Positions 38,961 to 49,926 of a stretch of DNA of 64,000 nucleotides are shown here, piece after piece. The stretch is from a virus. Positions within the stretch are counted from its first letter, which is position 1; each line of letters begins with the position of its first letter. The stretch spans positions 25,162-89,161 of the IMG/VR virus record IMGVR_UViG_3300042295_000443; one strand, written 5' to 3'. The notes under the pieces were generated by a model, which worked only from the letters and a program-made list of their open reading frames with translations, made no database searches and had not been told where the DNA came from. Both the position numbers and the translations under genes were made by a program.

Positions 38961-39635
38961 ATGGGATTAAGTACAACAGATTTAGGAACTGGAACAGGTT
39001 CAGGGATGCCAAAAACAATTGGCCCAGGAAATCACACATTAACTATTAACAGTATGCATTTGGAAGACTTTCAATTTATTGATGGTGCAAAGCATTTAAT
39101 ACTAAATGTAGAAACAGAACCTATTGAAGGTTTTGAAGGATTTATGATTGATAAAGATGATGAAAGTAAAGGTCATCACAAAGGTCAAATTGGTAGGGTT
39201 AAGGCTAGCCAATATGCTTTTGCAGATGGAGAAACTAAATCAGGTATTAAAATTCAAAGAGACAGATCTATTATGATCTTCTTAAGCAACATGTCTAAAA
39301 ATTTAGAATTTTATGAATGGTTTGTAGAACAAGATAATAAGTTCAATACTATTGAAGATTTTGTAAAAAACTTTAATGATAATGCTCCTTACAAAGGTAT
39401 ACCAATAGAATTTTGTATTGCAGGTAAAGAGTATATGAATAAGTCTGGTTATATAAATTATGATATGTGGTTACCAAAAGCAGAAAATAAAACATATGCT
39501 TATGGAGAAAATGTTATGGTTTATAATGAAGCAAAACATCTTAAAAAGATGGAAGTTAAGGAAGTAAAAGGATTTGGTGATGATGATGACTTCACAGCTC
39601 CAACTAAAGGTTCTTCTGACTTTAGCTTAGATTAA
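38961..39635 (+). CDS. Putative single-stranded DNA-binding protein
   Basis: Follows Sak4-like ATPase; beta-rich; acidic tail ending DFSLD. Confidence 0.55.
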   Translation: MGLSTTDLGTGTGSGMPKTIGPGNHTLTINSMHLEDFQFIDGAKHLILNVETEPIEGFEGFMIDKDDESKGHHKGQIGRVKASQYAFADGETKSGIKIQRDRSIMIFLSNMSKNLEFYEWFVEQDNKFNTIEDFVKNFNDNAPYKGIPIEFCIAGKEYMNKSGYINYDMWLPKAENKTYAYGENVMVYNEAKHLKKMEVKEVKGFGDDDDFTAPTKGSSDFSLD

Positions 39636-39644
39636 CATCCCTTG

Positions 39645-39678
39645 TATAAGGGAGTTATTCTGACTCCCTTATATTTTT
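39645..39678 (+). terminator. Intrinsic terminator
   Basis: TATAAGGGAGT/ACTCCCTTATA stem plus T-run. Confidence 0.75.
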
Positions 39679-39685
39679 AAATTAA

Positions 39686-40675
39686 ATGATTATGATTTCA
39701 ACAAAGAATTTAATTTATGATTTGGCAGATGTGCCAAGAGAGTGGATATTTGAACACTATCTTAATTTAACAGAAAAACTTACAGGTCAAGACCTTAAGA
39801 TAAAATCTGTGTTTAATTTACGTGAGAAAACTCCTTCTATGTGTATCTACATGGATAAAAATAATATCTATAAGTTTAAAGACTTTTCTTCCGGTAATGG
39901 AGGTGATACTTTAAGTCTTGTACAAAATCTTTTTAATCTATCTACTAGAGGACATGCATCTTTTAAGATAATAGAAGATTATAACCAATATGTTTTAAAT
40001 AATGGTTTTAATCCTATAAAATCTTATAAACAACAAAGCAGATATAAAGTTACTGACTTTGAAATTAGGCACTGGAATACTCTTGATCAAACCTATTGGA
40101 TGGGATATAAGATTGGTTCTAAGTTATTAGAGAAATATAATGTTAGTCCATTAGAATATTATATTATGCAAAAGACAGATGATAATGAAGTTTTGTCTAG
40201 TATAACTATCAAAGGTAATTATATCTATGGTTACTTTAAAGAAGATGGTTCTCTTTATAAAATATACCAACCTAAAGTAAAAGACAGTAAATTTATTAAA
40301 GTAAGAGATTACATTCAAGGTTCTGAACAGCTTACATATGATAAACCATATCTTGTTATTACTTCATCTCTTAAAGATTTAATGGCATATAATAAGTTAA
40401 AGTTTATTAATTCTGAAGCTATTGCACCAGACAGTGAGAACACTATGATTCCAGAAAATATTATGAGTTCTATAAGTTCTAAATATAAACAGATTTGTTT
40501 ACTTTTTGACAATGATGAGCCTGGAATTAAAGCTGCTGAAAGATATAAATCTAAATATGGTTTTAATTATGTAGTTTTAAACATGGAAAAGGATTTATCT
40601 GATGCTGTTAAAGTTTATGGAATTGAAACTGTAAAAAAAGAATTACTACCTTTATTAAGAAATGTACTACAATGA
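39686..40675 (+). CDS. DNA primase (DnaG/TOPRIM, crAss type)
   Basis: EKTPS..FKDF, ITSSLKD, LFDNDEPG, KDLSD. Confidence 0.85.
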   Translation: MIMISTKNLIYDLADVPREWIFEHYLNLTEKLTGQDLKIKSVFNLREKTPSMCIYMDKNNIYKFKDFSSGNGGDTLSLVQNLFNLSTRGHASFKIIEDYNQYVLNNGFNPIKSYKQQSRYKVTDFEIRHWNTLDQTYWMGYKIGSKLLEKYNVSPLEYYIMQKTDDNEVLSSITIKGNYIYGYFKEDGSLYKIYQPKVKDSKFIKVRDYIQGSEQLTYDKPYLVITSSLKDLMAYNKLKFINSEAIAPDSENTMIPENIMSSISSKYKQICLLFDNDEPGIKAAERYKSKYGFNYVVLNMEKDLSDAVKVYGIETVKKELLPLLRNVLQ

Positions 40676-41106
40676 GTTGGTTATATCAAGGAGAAAAGTT
40701 TAATAATTCAATGATACCTGAAAATGCAGAAGGGTTTGTATATGAGATGCAAGCTACTATTGATGGTAAACTTGTTAAGTATATTGGAAAGAAAAACTTT
40801 TATTCTACTGTAAAGAAGAGATTTGGTAAAAGAGCTTTGGCTCAAGTAACTGATAAAAGAACCAAAAAATATACTGTTGTTAAAAAAGAAAGCTATGAGA
40901 ACTACTATAGCAGTAATAAAACTTTACAAGAAGCTCACAAAGCTGGAATTGAAATAAGAAGATATATGGTCCGTATATGTTTCTCTAAAACAGAACTTAC
41001 TTATTTTGAAGTTAAGTTTCAGTTTACCAGAGAAGTATTAGAAAGGGATGATTTCTTAAATGGTAATATCTTGGGCCGTTTCTATGGTCCATTTAAAAAA
41101 CAATAA
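40672..41106 (+). CDS. GIY-YIG-like nuclease
   Basis: GFVY...YIGKK, YYSS, LNGNI. Confidence 0.7.
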   Translation: MSWLYQGEKFNNSMIPENAEGFVYEMQATIDGKLVKYIGKKNFYSTVKKRFGKRALAQVTDKRTKKYTVVKKESYENYYSSNKTLQEAHKAGIEIRRYMVRICFSKTELTYFEVKFQFTREVLERDDFLNGNILGRFYGPFKKQ

Positions 41107-41108
41107 TT

Positions 41109-41513
41109 ATGACAGAAAATGATATGACAGGCCTTCTATTACAGTTGGCTGACCTTGGTGTGACAGGAATTAAAGTAATCTACTCAGGTGGAGGAGATTC
41201 AGGTGCAGTTGATGAAATTATATATACAACAGAAAAAGTAACAAGTCTTGAAGATTTAGAGAACTTAGATCAGTATAGTGAAAATGTTCTTAATTTAAGA
41301 GATCTTAGCACATCTTTCTATTCAGATATAGAAGACTTTGCTACTTCACAACTCTTAGATAATATAGAAGATTGGTGGAATAATGAAGGTGGTTATGGAA
41401 CAGTACTTATTAGTATTCCTTCTGGTAACTATACAATTAATAATAATATTTATTTTACTGAAACTGAAACATATAATCATAATGGTAATTTAATTAATAA
41501 AAGCTTAAACTAA
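41109..41513 (+). CDS. DUF6878-like protein
   Basis: YSGGGDSG, DWWNNEGGYG. Confidence 0.65.
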   Translation: MTENDMTGLLLQLADLGVTGIKVIYSGGGDSGAVDEIIYTTEKVTSLEDLENLDQYSENVLNLRDLSTSFYSDIEDFATSQLLDNIEDWWNNEGGYGTVLISIPSGNYTINNNIYFTETETYNHNGNLINKSLN

Positions 41514-41854
41514 TGGCACATCCAATGCAACATTGCAAATCATCAGTTAAAAAATGGGGTGGTCAGTTATCTGATTACCAACCTATTCATGATTGGTTTG
41601 ATGAAACCAAAGCTTGGATAGGACACAGTAAGCATAGAATGTTTAGACACCATAGTGAAGGTATATTTGAATGTGAAAAAGTATTTGGTAACTCATTTAT
41701 AAATTCAGATGGTAAAACAGTATATACAAGATATGTTGGTGAACAACATGTAAAAGAAGACTGCAATGGATATATTCCAAGTGCAAAAGAATGGGTGGAC
41801 AATATAAACAAGCCCACAGAATGGATGTTAAAAACACTAAAAATTGAAGACTAA
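41513..41854 (+). CDS. DUF6915-like His-rich protein
   Basis: HP..H..SS.KKWGG, IHDWFD, HRMFRHH, GEQHVKED. Confidence 0.7.
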   Translation: MAHPMQHCKSSVKKWGGQLSDYQPIHDWFDETKAWIGHSKHRMFRHHSEGIFECEKVFGNSFINSDGKTVYTRYVGEQHVKEDCNGYIPSAKEWVDNINKPTEWMLKTLKIED

Positions 41855-42252
41855 TGAATTTTAACAAAGAAGAAACAAGGAATATATTAAACATGTTACT
41901 CTCTAAAGATAAAGAAAATTCTATAATAGCTTTTTCATGTCTTAATAACTTTAGTAAGAAAGAACATTTAGGTGAGCTATTGGTATTATATCAATTTGGT
42001 AGAACACCAGCACAAGTATGGAAAGAAAATTGTAAAAAAGGTTTTAAATATATAAAAAATGTTTTACCTTTTAAAAGTTCAGACTATAGACTACCTTCCT
42101 CTAAAGTATTTAATGAGTTAGTAAACAATAAATGTAGTAAAGAATCAGTAGAACTATATCTAGAGTTATTTACTAATGATTTTTCTAATCATTTGTATGG
42201 AATGGGGTATCCAACAGATAAACTTGATATACAAATTAAAATAAAAGAATAA
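41854..42252 (+). CDS. Hypothetical protein
   Basis: ORF track. Confidence 0.55.
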   Translation: MNFNKEETRNILNMLLSKDKENSIIAFSCLNNFSKKEHLGELLVLYQFGRTPAQVWKENCKKGFKYIKNVLPFKSSDYRLPSSKVFNELVNNKCSKESVELYLELFTNDFSNHLYGMGYPTDKLDIQIKIKE

Positions 42253-43430
42253 TGGATAAAGTACAAAGTCTTAGCAAAATAGCAAAAGAATTGATGTTAA
42301 TAGAGCCCTATTATGGGTTCTTTCTAATTATGTTGAACAAAACATGGAGACAAGATTTACCCACAGCAGGTGTAAGTAAGAATGGTATTAATTATCAGTT
42401 AGCAATAAATGAAGAGTTTTGGACAAGTCTAAGTGAAGAACATCAACTTGGATTGTTAAAACATGAGCTCTTACATATAGCTTTTGGTCACCTAACAAGT
42501 TTTGGTTCATTTAGTGATAAAAAACTAGCTAATGTGGCTATGGATATGGAAATCAATCAATATATTGATACTGATTGGTTACCTAAAGGTGGTATCATGA
42601 TAGAAGATTATGAAGATCTTGATCTTGATGAAAAAGCAGGTTGTAGATACTATTATAAGAAACTACAAGAGCTTAAACAAGAAAAGGATAAGAATGGTAC
42701 TTGTGGTAATGAACCTATGGATAAGTTACTAGATGATATAGAAAATGGGAATGTCCCTGATCATGGTACCTGGGAAGAGTTTGATGATCTTAGTGAAGCT
42801 GAGAAAAAGCTAATTGATAAACAAATACAAAAAGTTTTATCAGATGCTAAAGAACAAACAGTAAAGAAGAGAGGAAGAATACCAGGAGAAATAGAAGGAG
42901 TTATTACTATTGAAGAAATAGTTGCACCTAAGTTTGATTGGAGAGGTTATATGAGAAGGTTTACTGGAATTAGTACAAAGGTATTTACTAAGAAAATAAG
43001 AAGAAAGGAGAATAGAAAGTTTCCTGAAAGTCCTGGTCTTAAACTTAAGATGAAACAACATATGTTGTTAGGTGTAGATACTTCAGGTTCTGTAAGTGAT
43101 TCTGAACTACAAGAGTTTATGAGTGAAATAAATCATATTTATAAAGCAGGAGTAGATGTTACTATAATTCAATGTGATACTTCTATTAGATCTATTGAAT
43201 CTTACAATGGTAAATTTGAATTAAATGTATTAGGAAGAGGAGGAACAGAATTTGATCCTGTCTTAGAATATTATAATGAAAACCAAAAGAAATATACTAG
43301 TCTAGTATATTTTACTGATGGAGAGTGCTATACACGTGTAAAACCAAAAGGACATGTTCTTTGGGTTTTGTCAGAAAGATCAGAAATGAATGATGAGTTA
43401 CCAGGAAAGGTAATTAAGTTAGAACTATAA
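42252..43430 (+). CDS. Metallopeptidase-vWA protein (DUF2201-like)
   Basis: HELLH, DTSGS MIDAS, GRGGT, FTDG. Confidence 0.88.
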   Translation: MDKVQSLSKIAKELMLIEPYYGFFLIMLNKTWRQDLPTAGVSKNGINYQLAINEEFWTSLSEEHQLGLLKHELLHIAFGHLTSFGSFSDKKLANVAMDMEINQYIDTDWLPKGGIMIEDYEDLDLDEKAGCRYYYKKLQELKQEKDKNGTCGNEPMDKLLDDIENGNVPDHGTWEEFDDLSEAEKKLIDKQIQKVLSDAKEQTVKKRGRIPGEIEGVITIEEIVAPKFDWRGYMRRFTGISTKVFTKKIRRKENRKFPESPGLKLKMKQHMLLGVDTSGSVSDSELQEFMSEINHIYKAGVDVTIIQCDTSIRSIESYNGKFELNVLGRGGTEFDPVLEYYNENQKKYTSLVYFTDGECYTRVKPKGHVLWVLSERSEMNDELPGKVIKLEL

Positions 43431-43441
43431 AAATAAAAAGT

Positions 43442-44611
43442 ATGAATCAAGTACAATTAAATGTAGAAGAATTAAAAAGTTTTATAAAGCATATGGTTGG
43501 TAATAACCAACATATTCAAGCTGAAGGTAAAGTTCCTGTAGCAATTAATATTGAGGGTGATGCTGGTCTTGGTAAAACTTCTGCTATTATGCAGTTAGGA
43601 AAAGAAATGCATATGCAAGTTGTAAAGCTTAATTTATCTCAGTTAGAAGAATTAGGTGATCTAGTAGGTTTTCCTGTAAAAGAATTTGAAATAACTAATG
43701 CTGAAGGTAATTCTACATGGATTAATGAATTTCAGATAGATGCAGCTATGAAGAAAGGATACAAAGTTGGAGCTAAGAGAATGTCTCATGCTGCACCTGA
43801 ATGGATTCAAGGTAAAGGTGAGGGTGGATTCTTAGTATTAGATGACTACACTAGAGCTGATCACAGATTTATGCAAGCAACTATGGAGATCTTAGATAGA
43901 CAAGAATATGTTTCTTGGAAATTACCTAAGAACTGGCATGTTATTCTAACTACTAATCCAGATAATGGAGACTATAATGTAACTTCTTTGGATATTGCTC
44001 AGAAGACTAGATTTATCTCTGTTGAGTTGAAGTATGATGTTAATGTATGGTCTAAGTGGGCTGAGACTGCAAGGATAGATGGTAGATGTATTAACTTTAT
44101 GTTGATGAATCCTGAACTTGTGACTCAAAAGGTTAATCCAAGAGCTATTACTACTTTCTTCAATGCTATTAGTTCCATAGAAAAGTTTGAGGCTGACCTG
44201 CCTCTAATTCAAATGATTGGTGAAGGTTCTGTAGGAGCAGATTTTAGTTCTATGTTTACTATGTTTATTAATAATAAACTAGACAGAATAATTTCTCCGC
44301 AAGACATCTTAACTAAAGATGAAGTATATGTAATGGGAGCTTTGACAAGTGCAGTTGGTAAAGATGATGACTTTAGAGCAGATATATCTAGCGTAATTGC
44401 AACAAGATTAATAAACTATTCATTGCTTATTTCTGAAAAAGGACCAGTTCCAGCAGATATTACTGATAGATTAGCCAAACTTACTACTGAATGTGATGCA
44501 TTTACTAATGATCTTAGATATTACATGATTAAAGAAATAGTAAATGGAAACAAAGTTAAATTTGCTAAACTAATGCAGAATACCAAGGTGGTGAAGATGG
44601 CTATCAGCTAA
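43442..44611 (+). CDS. MoxR-like AAA+ ATPase
   Basis: GDAGLGKT, LVLDD, TTNP, AQKTRF, NPRA. Confidence 0.85.
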   Translation: MNQVQLNVEELKSFIKHMVGNNQHIQAEGKVPVAINIEGDAGLGKTSAIMQLGKEMHMQVVKLNLSQLEELGDLVGFPVKEFEITNAEGNSTWINEFQIDAAMKKGYKVGAKRMSHAAPEWIQGKGEGGFLVLDDYTRADHRFMQATMEILDRQEYVSWKLPKNWHVILTTNPDNGDYNVTSLDIAQKTRFISVELKYDVNVWSKWAETARIDGRCINFMLMNPELVTQKVNPRAITTFFNAISSIEKFEADLPLIQMIGEGSVGADFSSMFTMFINNKLDRIISPQDILTKDEVYVMGALTSAVGKDDDFRADISSVIATRLINYSLLISEKGPVPADITDRLAKLTTECDAFTNDLRYYMIKEIVNGNKVKFAKLMQNTKVVKMAIS

Positions 44612-44699
44612 AACAAGCATAAAACAGTTACCCCTTTAAAAAACACTAAACTAATTAAAACTAAGGTAGGAGGACGTAATACTCCTTCTACCTTTATAT

Positions 44700-45968
44700 T
44701 TGAACATTATGAAACAATTTATAAATATAAAACTTGACAACTCTGCAGATGATACATCAATTAGTTCTTTTGAACTAGAACTTCTAGAAGGTGCAGATGA
44801 TCTTAATACAATTGTAAATTCACAAGGATATGTTCCTGTAAAAGGAGACATGATATACTTATTACCTGGAGTTAATATTCCTAGAGTTAAGTTAAAAGAT
44901 TTAGCATTAAGTTTAGGAATTAGAGTAGTAAGAGATCCTGCTAAAGCAAATATAATTTTTGCAGGTAGAAACTCTATTGCAAAAATTACTAGTTCTAGAT
45001 GGACATATAAAGTTAATTCTACTTATGCATTAGAAAGAATTAAAGAATTATGTAATGATGACTTTTATATACAGAATTTAGAAACTGCTATTGCTAGCAC
45101 GGGAGAAACTGATATTTTTGGTGATTATAATGACATATATAATATATTAGCTAAGGGTTCTAGAAATGATTATACTAGTTCTTATATCTATACTATAGAC
45201 CCTGATTATAGTGAAATGTACAATACAGTTAAGGATAAAATTATTTACAGTGAAGCAGAATTATTAAATAACATTAATGGTGATGATTCTACAACAATAG
45301 ATGAAGAAGTTTTCCAGCAACTTAAAAGTATGTTTGACAGTTCAGATACTGATAATCATGTACTTGCTATGGAAATAATGGCAAACTCTAAGTATGAAGA
45401 TAGTGTATTATATTTGTTGATGTTAATATCTGAAAATGCATATAAGATAAACAATAGCAATACAAGGAATCATGTGAATTTTAAGTCTATGCTCAGTTAT
45501 TTTAATTGGCAACCAAGAGATGTCAATCATATAAATACTGATGATATTGTTCAAATAATAGACAAGAAGAAAGGTTTATTAACTGTAGATATGATTAAGA
45601 GATTATATCAGGAATATAGTGATGATATTATTAGAAATATACATTATGATGAAGTATTTGAAGTTAAAGAAGTAACTATTAAGCAAGAGTATCTTGACAA
45701 ATTAAACATAACATCTATTAATTTAATAAATCCTGCTGAAGTTAGTGTTGTTGCACGACCGGATCCTATAGAAATTGAAGAGGAAGTTTTAGAAGATGAA
45801 CTCATAGAAGCTGCATTTACTAATATTGAGAGAAAAGAACTCAAGTCAGAGTTAATAGCTCTTGAAGAAGAAGAAGAATTAGCTGAAAAAGATTTGGCCA
45901 CTTATAAACAAGAAGAATCAAATAACCATCAAACAACCACAAATGATACAGACATTGATTGGTTCTGA
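44700..45968 (+). CDS. Hypothetical protein with possible BRCT-like N-terminal segment and acidic tail
   Basis: YLLPGVNIPRVKLK...VVRDPAKANII. Confidence 0.5.
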   Translation: MNIMKQFINIKLDNSADDTSISSFELELLEGADDLNTIVNSQGYVPVKGDMIYLLPGVNIPRVKLKDLALSLGIRVVRDPAKANIIFAGRNSIAKITSSRWTYKVNSTYALERIKELCNDDFYIQNLETAIASTGETDIFGDYNDIYNILAKGSRNDYTSSYIYTIDPDYSEMYNTVKDKIIYSEAELLNNINGDDSTTIDEEVFQQLKSMFDSSDTDNHVLAMEIMANSKYEDSVLYLLMLISENAYKINNSNTRNHVNFKSMLSYFNWQPRDVNHINTDDIVQIIDKKKGLLTVDMIKRLYQEYSDDIIRNIHYDEVFEVKEVTIKQEYLDKLNITSINLINPAEVSVVARPDPIEIEEEVLEDELIEAAFTNIERKELKSELIALEEEEELAEKDLATYKQEESNNHQTTTNDTDIDWF

Positions 45969-46959
45969 AGAACTAAACCAATTTTACAAGAATAAATTTT
46001 ACTTCAGCTATAGTAGCATTAATAAGCTACTATTTTCACCTAGAAGTTTTTATTCACACTATGTTTTAAATCAGAGAGAAGACAGTATAGACCCTCACCT
46101 TGTAGGAGGTAGGGTCTTACACTGTTTACTTTTAGAGCCTGAGAACTTTGAAAAGGAATTTATATTAATGCCTGATAAGTTTCCTACAGATAGTAATAGA
46201 ATATTAATTGATAATATTTTTAAAAATTACTTGTTAATTGAAAATAATACACTACTTTTGGAGGAATTCCAAAAGGAAATACTCACAGATCTCTTAAACA
46301 GCAACTTATACCAAACCTTAAAGACTGATCAACAAAGACTTGATAAAATTCTTACTGATCAAAACAAAAATTATTTTGAGTTTCTCAAAACTAAACAGAA
46401 TAAAGCCTTAGTTGATCCTATAATTTATGCTAACTGTATAGAAACAGTAGCAATGCTTAAGAGCAATCCGGATGTAAGAGCTTTACTATATTTAGATAAA
46501 GAAATTTTAGATGACCACATTACATTGTTTAATGAGTTGCCACTTAAACATAATATAAATAACTTACCATTTGGATATAAAGGAATCTTAGACAATGTAG
46601 TTATAGATACAGACTCAAAAACCATATTTATTAATGACTTAAAAACAACAGGAAAAGGTTTATTAGACTTTCCAGAAACAGTTAAGTATTACAAGTATTG
46701 GATTCAAGCTTCCATGTATTACCACTTAGTCTATGAAGAGTATATTAAACCAATGAAAGATGCTAAAGATTGGAATATAGTGATAACATTTATTGTGGTT
46801 GATAAGTATAATCAGATTTACCCTTTCCAAGTGTCACAAGAAAGTCTAGAAGTATGGCTTAAAGACTTTGATAAAATAATAGATATTGTTAAATATCATT
46901 ATGAGAACAAAGACTTTACTCTACCATATGAACTAGCAATTGGTAATGTAAAATTGTAG
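45943..46959 (+). CDS. PD-(D/E)xK exonuclease (RecE/ExoVIII-like)
   Basis: SYSS, GRVLH, KGILD..INDLKT, YWIQASMY. Confidence 0.82.
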   Translation: MIQTLIGSEELNQFYKNKFYFSYSSINKLLFSPRSFYSHYVLNQREDSIDPHLVGGRVLHCLLLEPENFEKEFILMPDKFPTDSNRILIDNIFKNYLLIENNTLLLEEFQKEILTDLLNSNLYQTLKTDQQRLDKILTDQNKNYFEFLKTKQNKALVDPIIYANCIETVAMLKSNPDVRALLYLDKEILDDHITLFNELPLKHNINNLPFGYKGILDNVVIDTDSKTIFINDLKTTGKGLLDFPETVKYYKYWIQASMYYHLVYEEYIKPMKDAKDWNIVITFIVVDKYNQIYPFQVSQESLEVWLKDFDKIIDIVKYHYENKDFTLPYELAIGNVKL

Positions 46960-46963
46960 AATT

Positions 46964-47530
46964 ATGGCAATAGTTAGCATTTATAGGAAATATTTCCAAA
47001 AGTCTAAGATATTCTTATACCCGCTCTTAGATATTAAAAGAGGTACTGTTATTATTCCTACTGACACTTATGTTAGTTGGAATACTGGTTATAGTCCCGA
47101 GGATATGAAATTAATTTGCATTTATCATAAAACAAATGATAATGAGTATTTAATTTTTGAAAAAAACATATTATTAAAGCATACAAGATTACATGATTAT
47201 ATTAAAGTAGATAATACAACTAGTGTTTATACTTTTGATTTTTCTGATTTAAAAAATGATTGGGAATATTTTATTAATGGACAATATAGTAAGATGAGTA
47301 GTGCAACTAAAAATAAAATTTTAAATTATTTTGATAGAGTTAGTGCAAATTATGTCTATGTAGAAAGTTATTTATTTCCAAAACCTCACTTTAAAACTTA
47401 TGCTAATTTATTAGATGTTTCTATTGAATTAATAGAAAAGGTAGGTGAATTATGCAGTAAACCTGATTTAGAAAAAGAAAAATTAAGAATTACAGTGGAA
47501 AATTTAGAAAATATATCAGTTCTAGATTAA
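46964..47530 (+). CDS. Conserved hypothetical protein
   Basis: FLYPLL, FINGQYSKMS. Confidence 0.6.
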   Translation: MAIVSIYRKYFQKSKIFLYPLLDIKRGTVIIPTDTYVSWNTGYSPEDMKLICIYHKTNDNEYLIFEKNILLKHTRLHDYIKVDNTTSVYTFDFSDLKNDWEYFINGQYSKMSSATKNKILNYFDRVSANYVYVESYLFPKPHFKTYANLLDVSIELIEKVGELCSKPDLEKEKLRITVENLENISVLD

Positions 47531-47562
47531 TTTTATTAACTTTATAAAAAAACCAATATAAT

Positions 47563-47958
47563 ATGAGCCAAAATTCAATGATTATTGTCCAGTCAACCTG
47601 GCAAGACAGCCAAACATTTAGACTAATTCCAGTTACTCTTGAATGTCCTTATGTAGAATGTATTTTAGATCCTGCTACAAAAGTATTTGTAGTTATTTCT
47701 AAAATTAATAAAACATCTTTACATATGATTCCAAGATTAGATGATAATGGAGATCCTCTTCTTGTAAAAGGTGCAAGACCTAATGGTAGAACTGTTAGAG
47801 AAGAAAGAAAAACAATAGATACTTTTCAAGAGTTTTATATTGAAGATAAAAAAGCTATGGAAGATATAATTAATCTTATGGCTATCAATGCAAAAACTTT
47901 TAAGTATAAAAAATTCTTAGAAGAAACTCCAACAGAGGTCACTGTAACAGGTATTTAA
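47563..47958 (+). CDS. Conserved crAss-like hypothetical protein
   Basis: ORF followed by terminator 47964-47987. Confidence 0.6.
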   Translation: MSQNSMIIVQSTWQDSQTFRLIPVTLECPYVECILDPATKVFVVISKINKTSLHMIPRLDDNGDPLLVKGARPNGRTVREERKTIDTFQEFYIEDKKAMEDIINLMAINAKTFKYKKFLEETPTEVTVTGI

Positions 47959-48025
47959 ATTATAAGGGCCTTTAGGGGCCCTTTTTTATTAACTAATTGG
48001 GGGAACAGCTTAACTGAACTAATCT

Positions 48026-49924
48026 ATGAAGACAAACTATGTCATGGATTATGAAACTCTTGCTAATTGTTTCATAGCCTGTTTTGAAGATACAAAATCT
48101 GAAGACCAAGAAGTATTTGTTGTACATGAAAGTAAAAATGATATTCTAGAACTGGTAACTTTTCTAGAAAAGAATATTGCTTATGGTGAATGGCATGTAA
48201 GTTTCAATGGTTTAAGCTTTGATAGCCAAATTACTGAACACATACTAAGAAATAAGGAACAACTTTTAGAACAAGATGGTGATACTATTGCCAAGTTCCT
48301 GTATAATAAATCACAAGATATTATTAATAGACAAAACCAAGGTGAATTCTCTGAGTTTTCTCCACGGGATTTACATATTAGACAACTAGATGTATTTAAA
48401 TTAAACCATTGGGATAATCCAGCTAAGAGAAGTTCATTAAAATGGATTCAGTATACTATGGATTGGCATAACATAATGGATATGCCTATTCATCATACTA
48501 CTGAAGTTACTGCAGATCAAATACCAGAAATTATTACATACTGTTGGAATGATGTTAAGTCTACTAAACAGATCATGATGCTTAGTAAAAGCAATATTGA
48601 TTTGAGAAGAACACTTACAGAGGAATATGGTATAGATTTATATTCTGCTTCTGAGCCAAGGATTTCTAAAGAATTGTTTTTACATTTCTTATGTGAAAAA
48701 ACAGGTATAAAGAAATATGATCTCAGACAGATGAGAACTAAGAGAGATAAGATTGTAGTTAAAGATATCATACTACCTTATATAGAATTTAAAACAGCTC
48801 CATTTCAGAATCTTCTAAAGAAGTTTCAAGAAGTAGTAATCTTTACAGGAGAAACTAAAGGAGGTTTTAAGTATTCTGTAAGATATAAGAGTCTTCAAAC
48901 TGATTATGGTCTAGGTGGTATCCATGGAGCACGGGCTAGTAAAGTTTATACAGCTGAAGATGATATGGTTATTATGACCTCAGATGTTACAAGCTTCTAT
49001 CCTAATCTTGCTATTAGAAATAAATGGGCACCTGCTCATCTACCACAGAAAGCATTTTATGATTTGTATGAATGGTTCTTTGAAGAAAGAAAGAAGATTC
49101 CTAAAGCAGATCCTAAGAACTATGTATATAAGATTATACTAAACTCTACTTACGGTCTAAGTAATGATGCTAATAGCTTCCTATATGATCCAGAGTTTAC
49201 TATGAAGATTACCATTAATGGTCAGTTAAGTCTTACTATGTTGTATGAGATGATTTGTGAAGAGATTCCAGGTTCTATTCCTTTAATGCAGAATACTGAT
49301 GGTCTTGAAACTATTATTCCAAGAGAATATGTAGACAAGTACATGGAAATCTGCAAAAGATGGGAAGATATTACAAACTTACAACTTGAACATGACACCT
49401 ATTCTAAGATTATTCTTGGTGATGTAAATAATTACATTGCTATTACTGAGAAAGGTAAAACTAAATGTAAAGGTAGATTTGAGTTTGCTGATTTAGCTCT
49501 TCATAAAAATAAAAGCTTTTCAGTTATTGCTCAAGGAGTTTATAATTACTTTGTAAATGGGATTAAACCTGAAAAGTTTATAAAAGAAAATTTAAACATA
49601 TTTGATTTTTGTGGAGGAGTTAAGATTAAAGGAGATTGGTCTTTTCATAAACATGAAGTTGTAGACCAAGAATATAATACAGAAAAATTACAGCAAACAA
49701 TTAGGTATTTTATATCTAATACAGGAGTTAAGGTAATTAAAAAGAATAATACTGATAATAGAGAGATACAGATAGAAGCAGGAAAGTGGCTTCAGACTCT
49801 GTTAATTAACTATGAGGAAAAACCTTTTAGTGACTATGATATAAACTATGATTACTATTTAGCTAAGATCAATAAGGAAATACTTGATCTTGAGCCTATT
49901 ATTACACAACTAAAATTATTTTAA
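48026..49924 (+). CDS. polB: DNA polymerase family B
   Basis: DYE exonuclease I, DVTSFYP, KIILNSTYG, NTDG. Confidence 0.93.
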   Translation: MKTNYVMDYETLANCFIACFEDTKSEDQEVFVVHESKNDILELVTFLEKNIAYGEWHVSFNGLSFDSQITEHILRNKEQLLEQDGDTIAKFLYNKSQDIINRQNQGEFSEFSPRDLHIRQLDVFKLNHWDNPAKRSSLKWIQYTMDWHNIMDMPIHHTTEVTADQIPEIITYCWNDVKSTKQIMMLSKSNIDLRRTLTEEYGIDLYSASEPRISKELFLHFLCEKTGIKKYDLRQMRTKRDKIVVKDIILPYIEFKTAPFQNLLKKFQEVVIFTGETKGGFKYSVRYKSLQTDYGLGGIHGARASKVYTAEDDMVIMTSDVTSFYPNLAIRNKWAPAHLPQKAFYDLYEWFFEERKKIPKADPKNYVYKIILNSTYGLSNDANSFLYDPEFTMKITINGQLSLTMLYEMICEEIPGSIPLMQNTDGLETIIPREYVDKYMEICKRWEDITNLQLEHDTYSKIILGDVNNYIAITEKGKTKCKGRFEFADLALHKNKSFSVIAQGVYNYFVNGIKPEKFIKENLNIFDFCGGVKIKGDWSFHKHEVVDQEYNTEKLQQTIRYFISNTGVKVIKKNNTDNREIQIEAGKWLQTLLINYEEKPFSDYDINYDYYLAKINKEILDLEPIITQLKLF

Positions 49925-49926
49925 TT

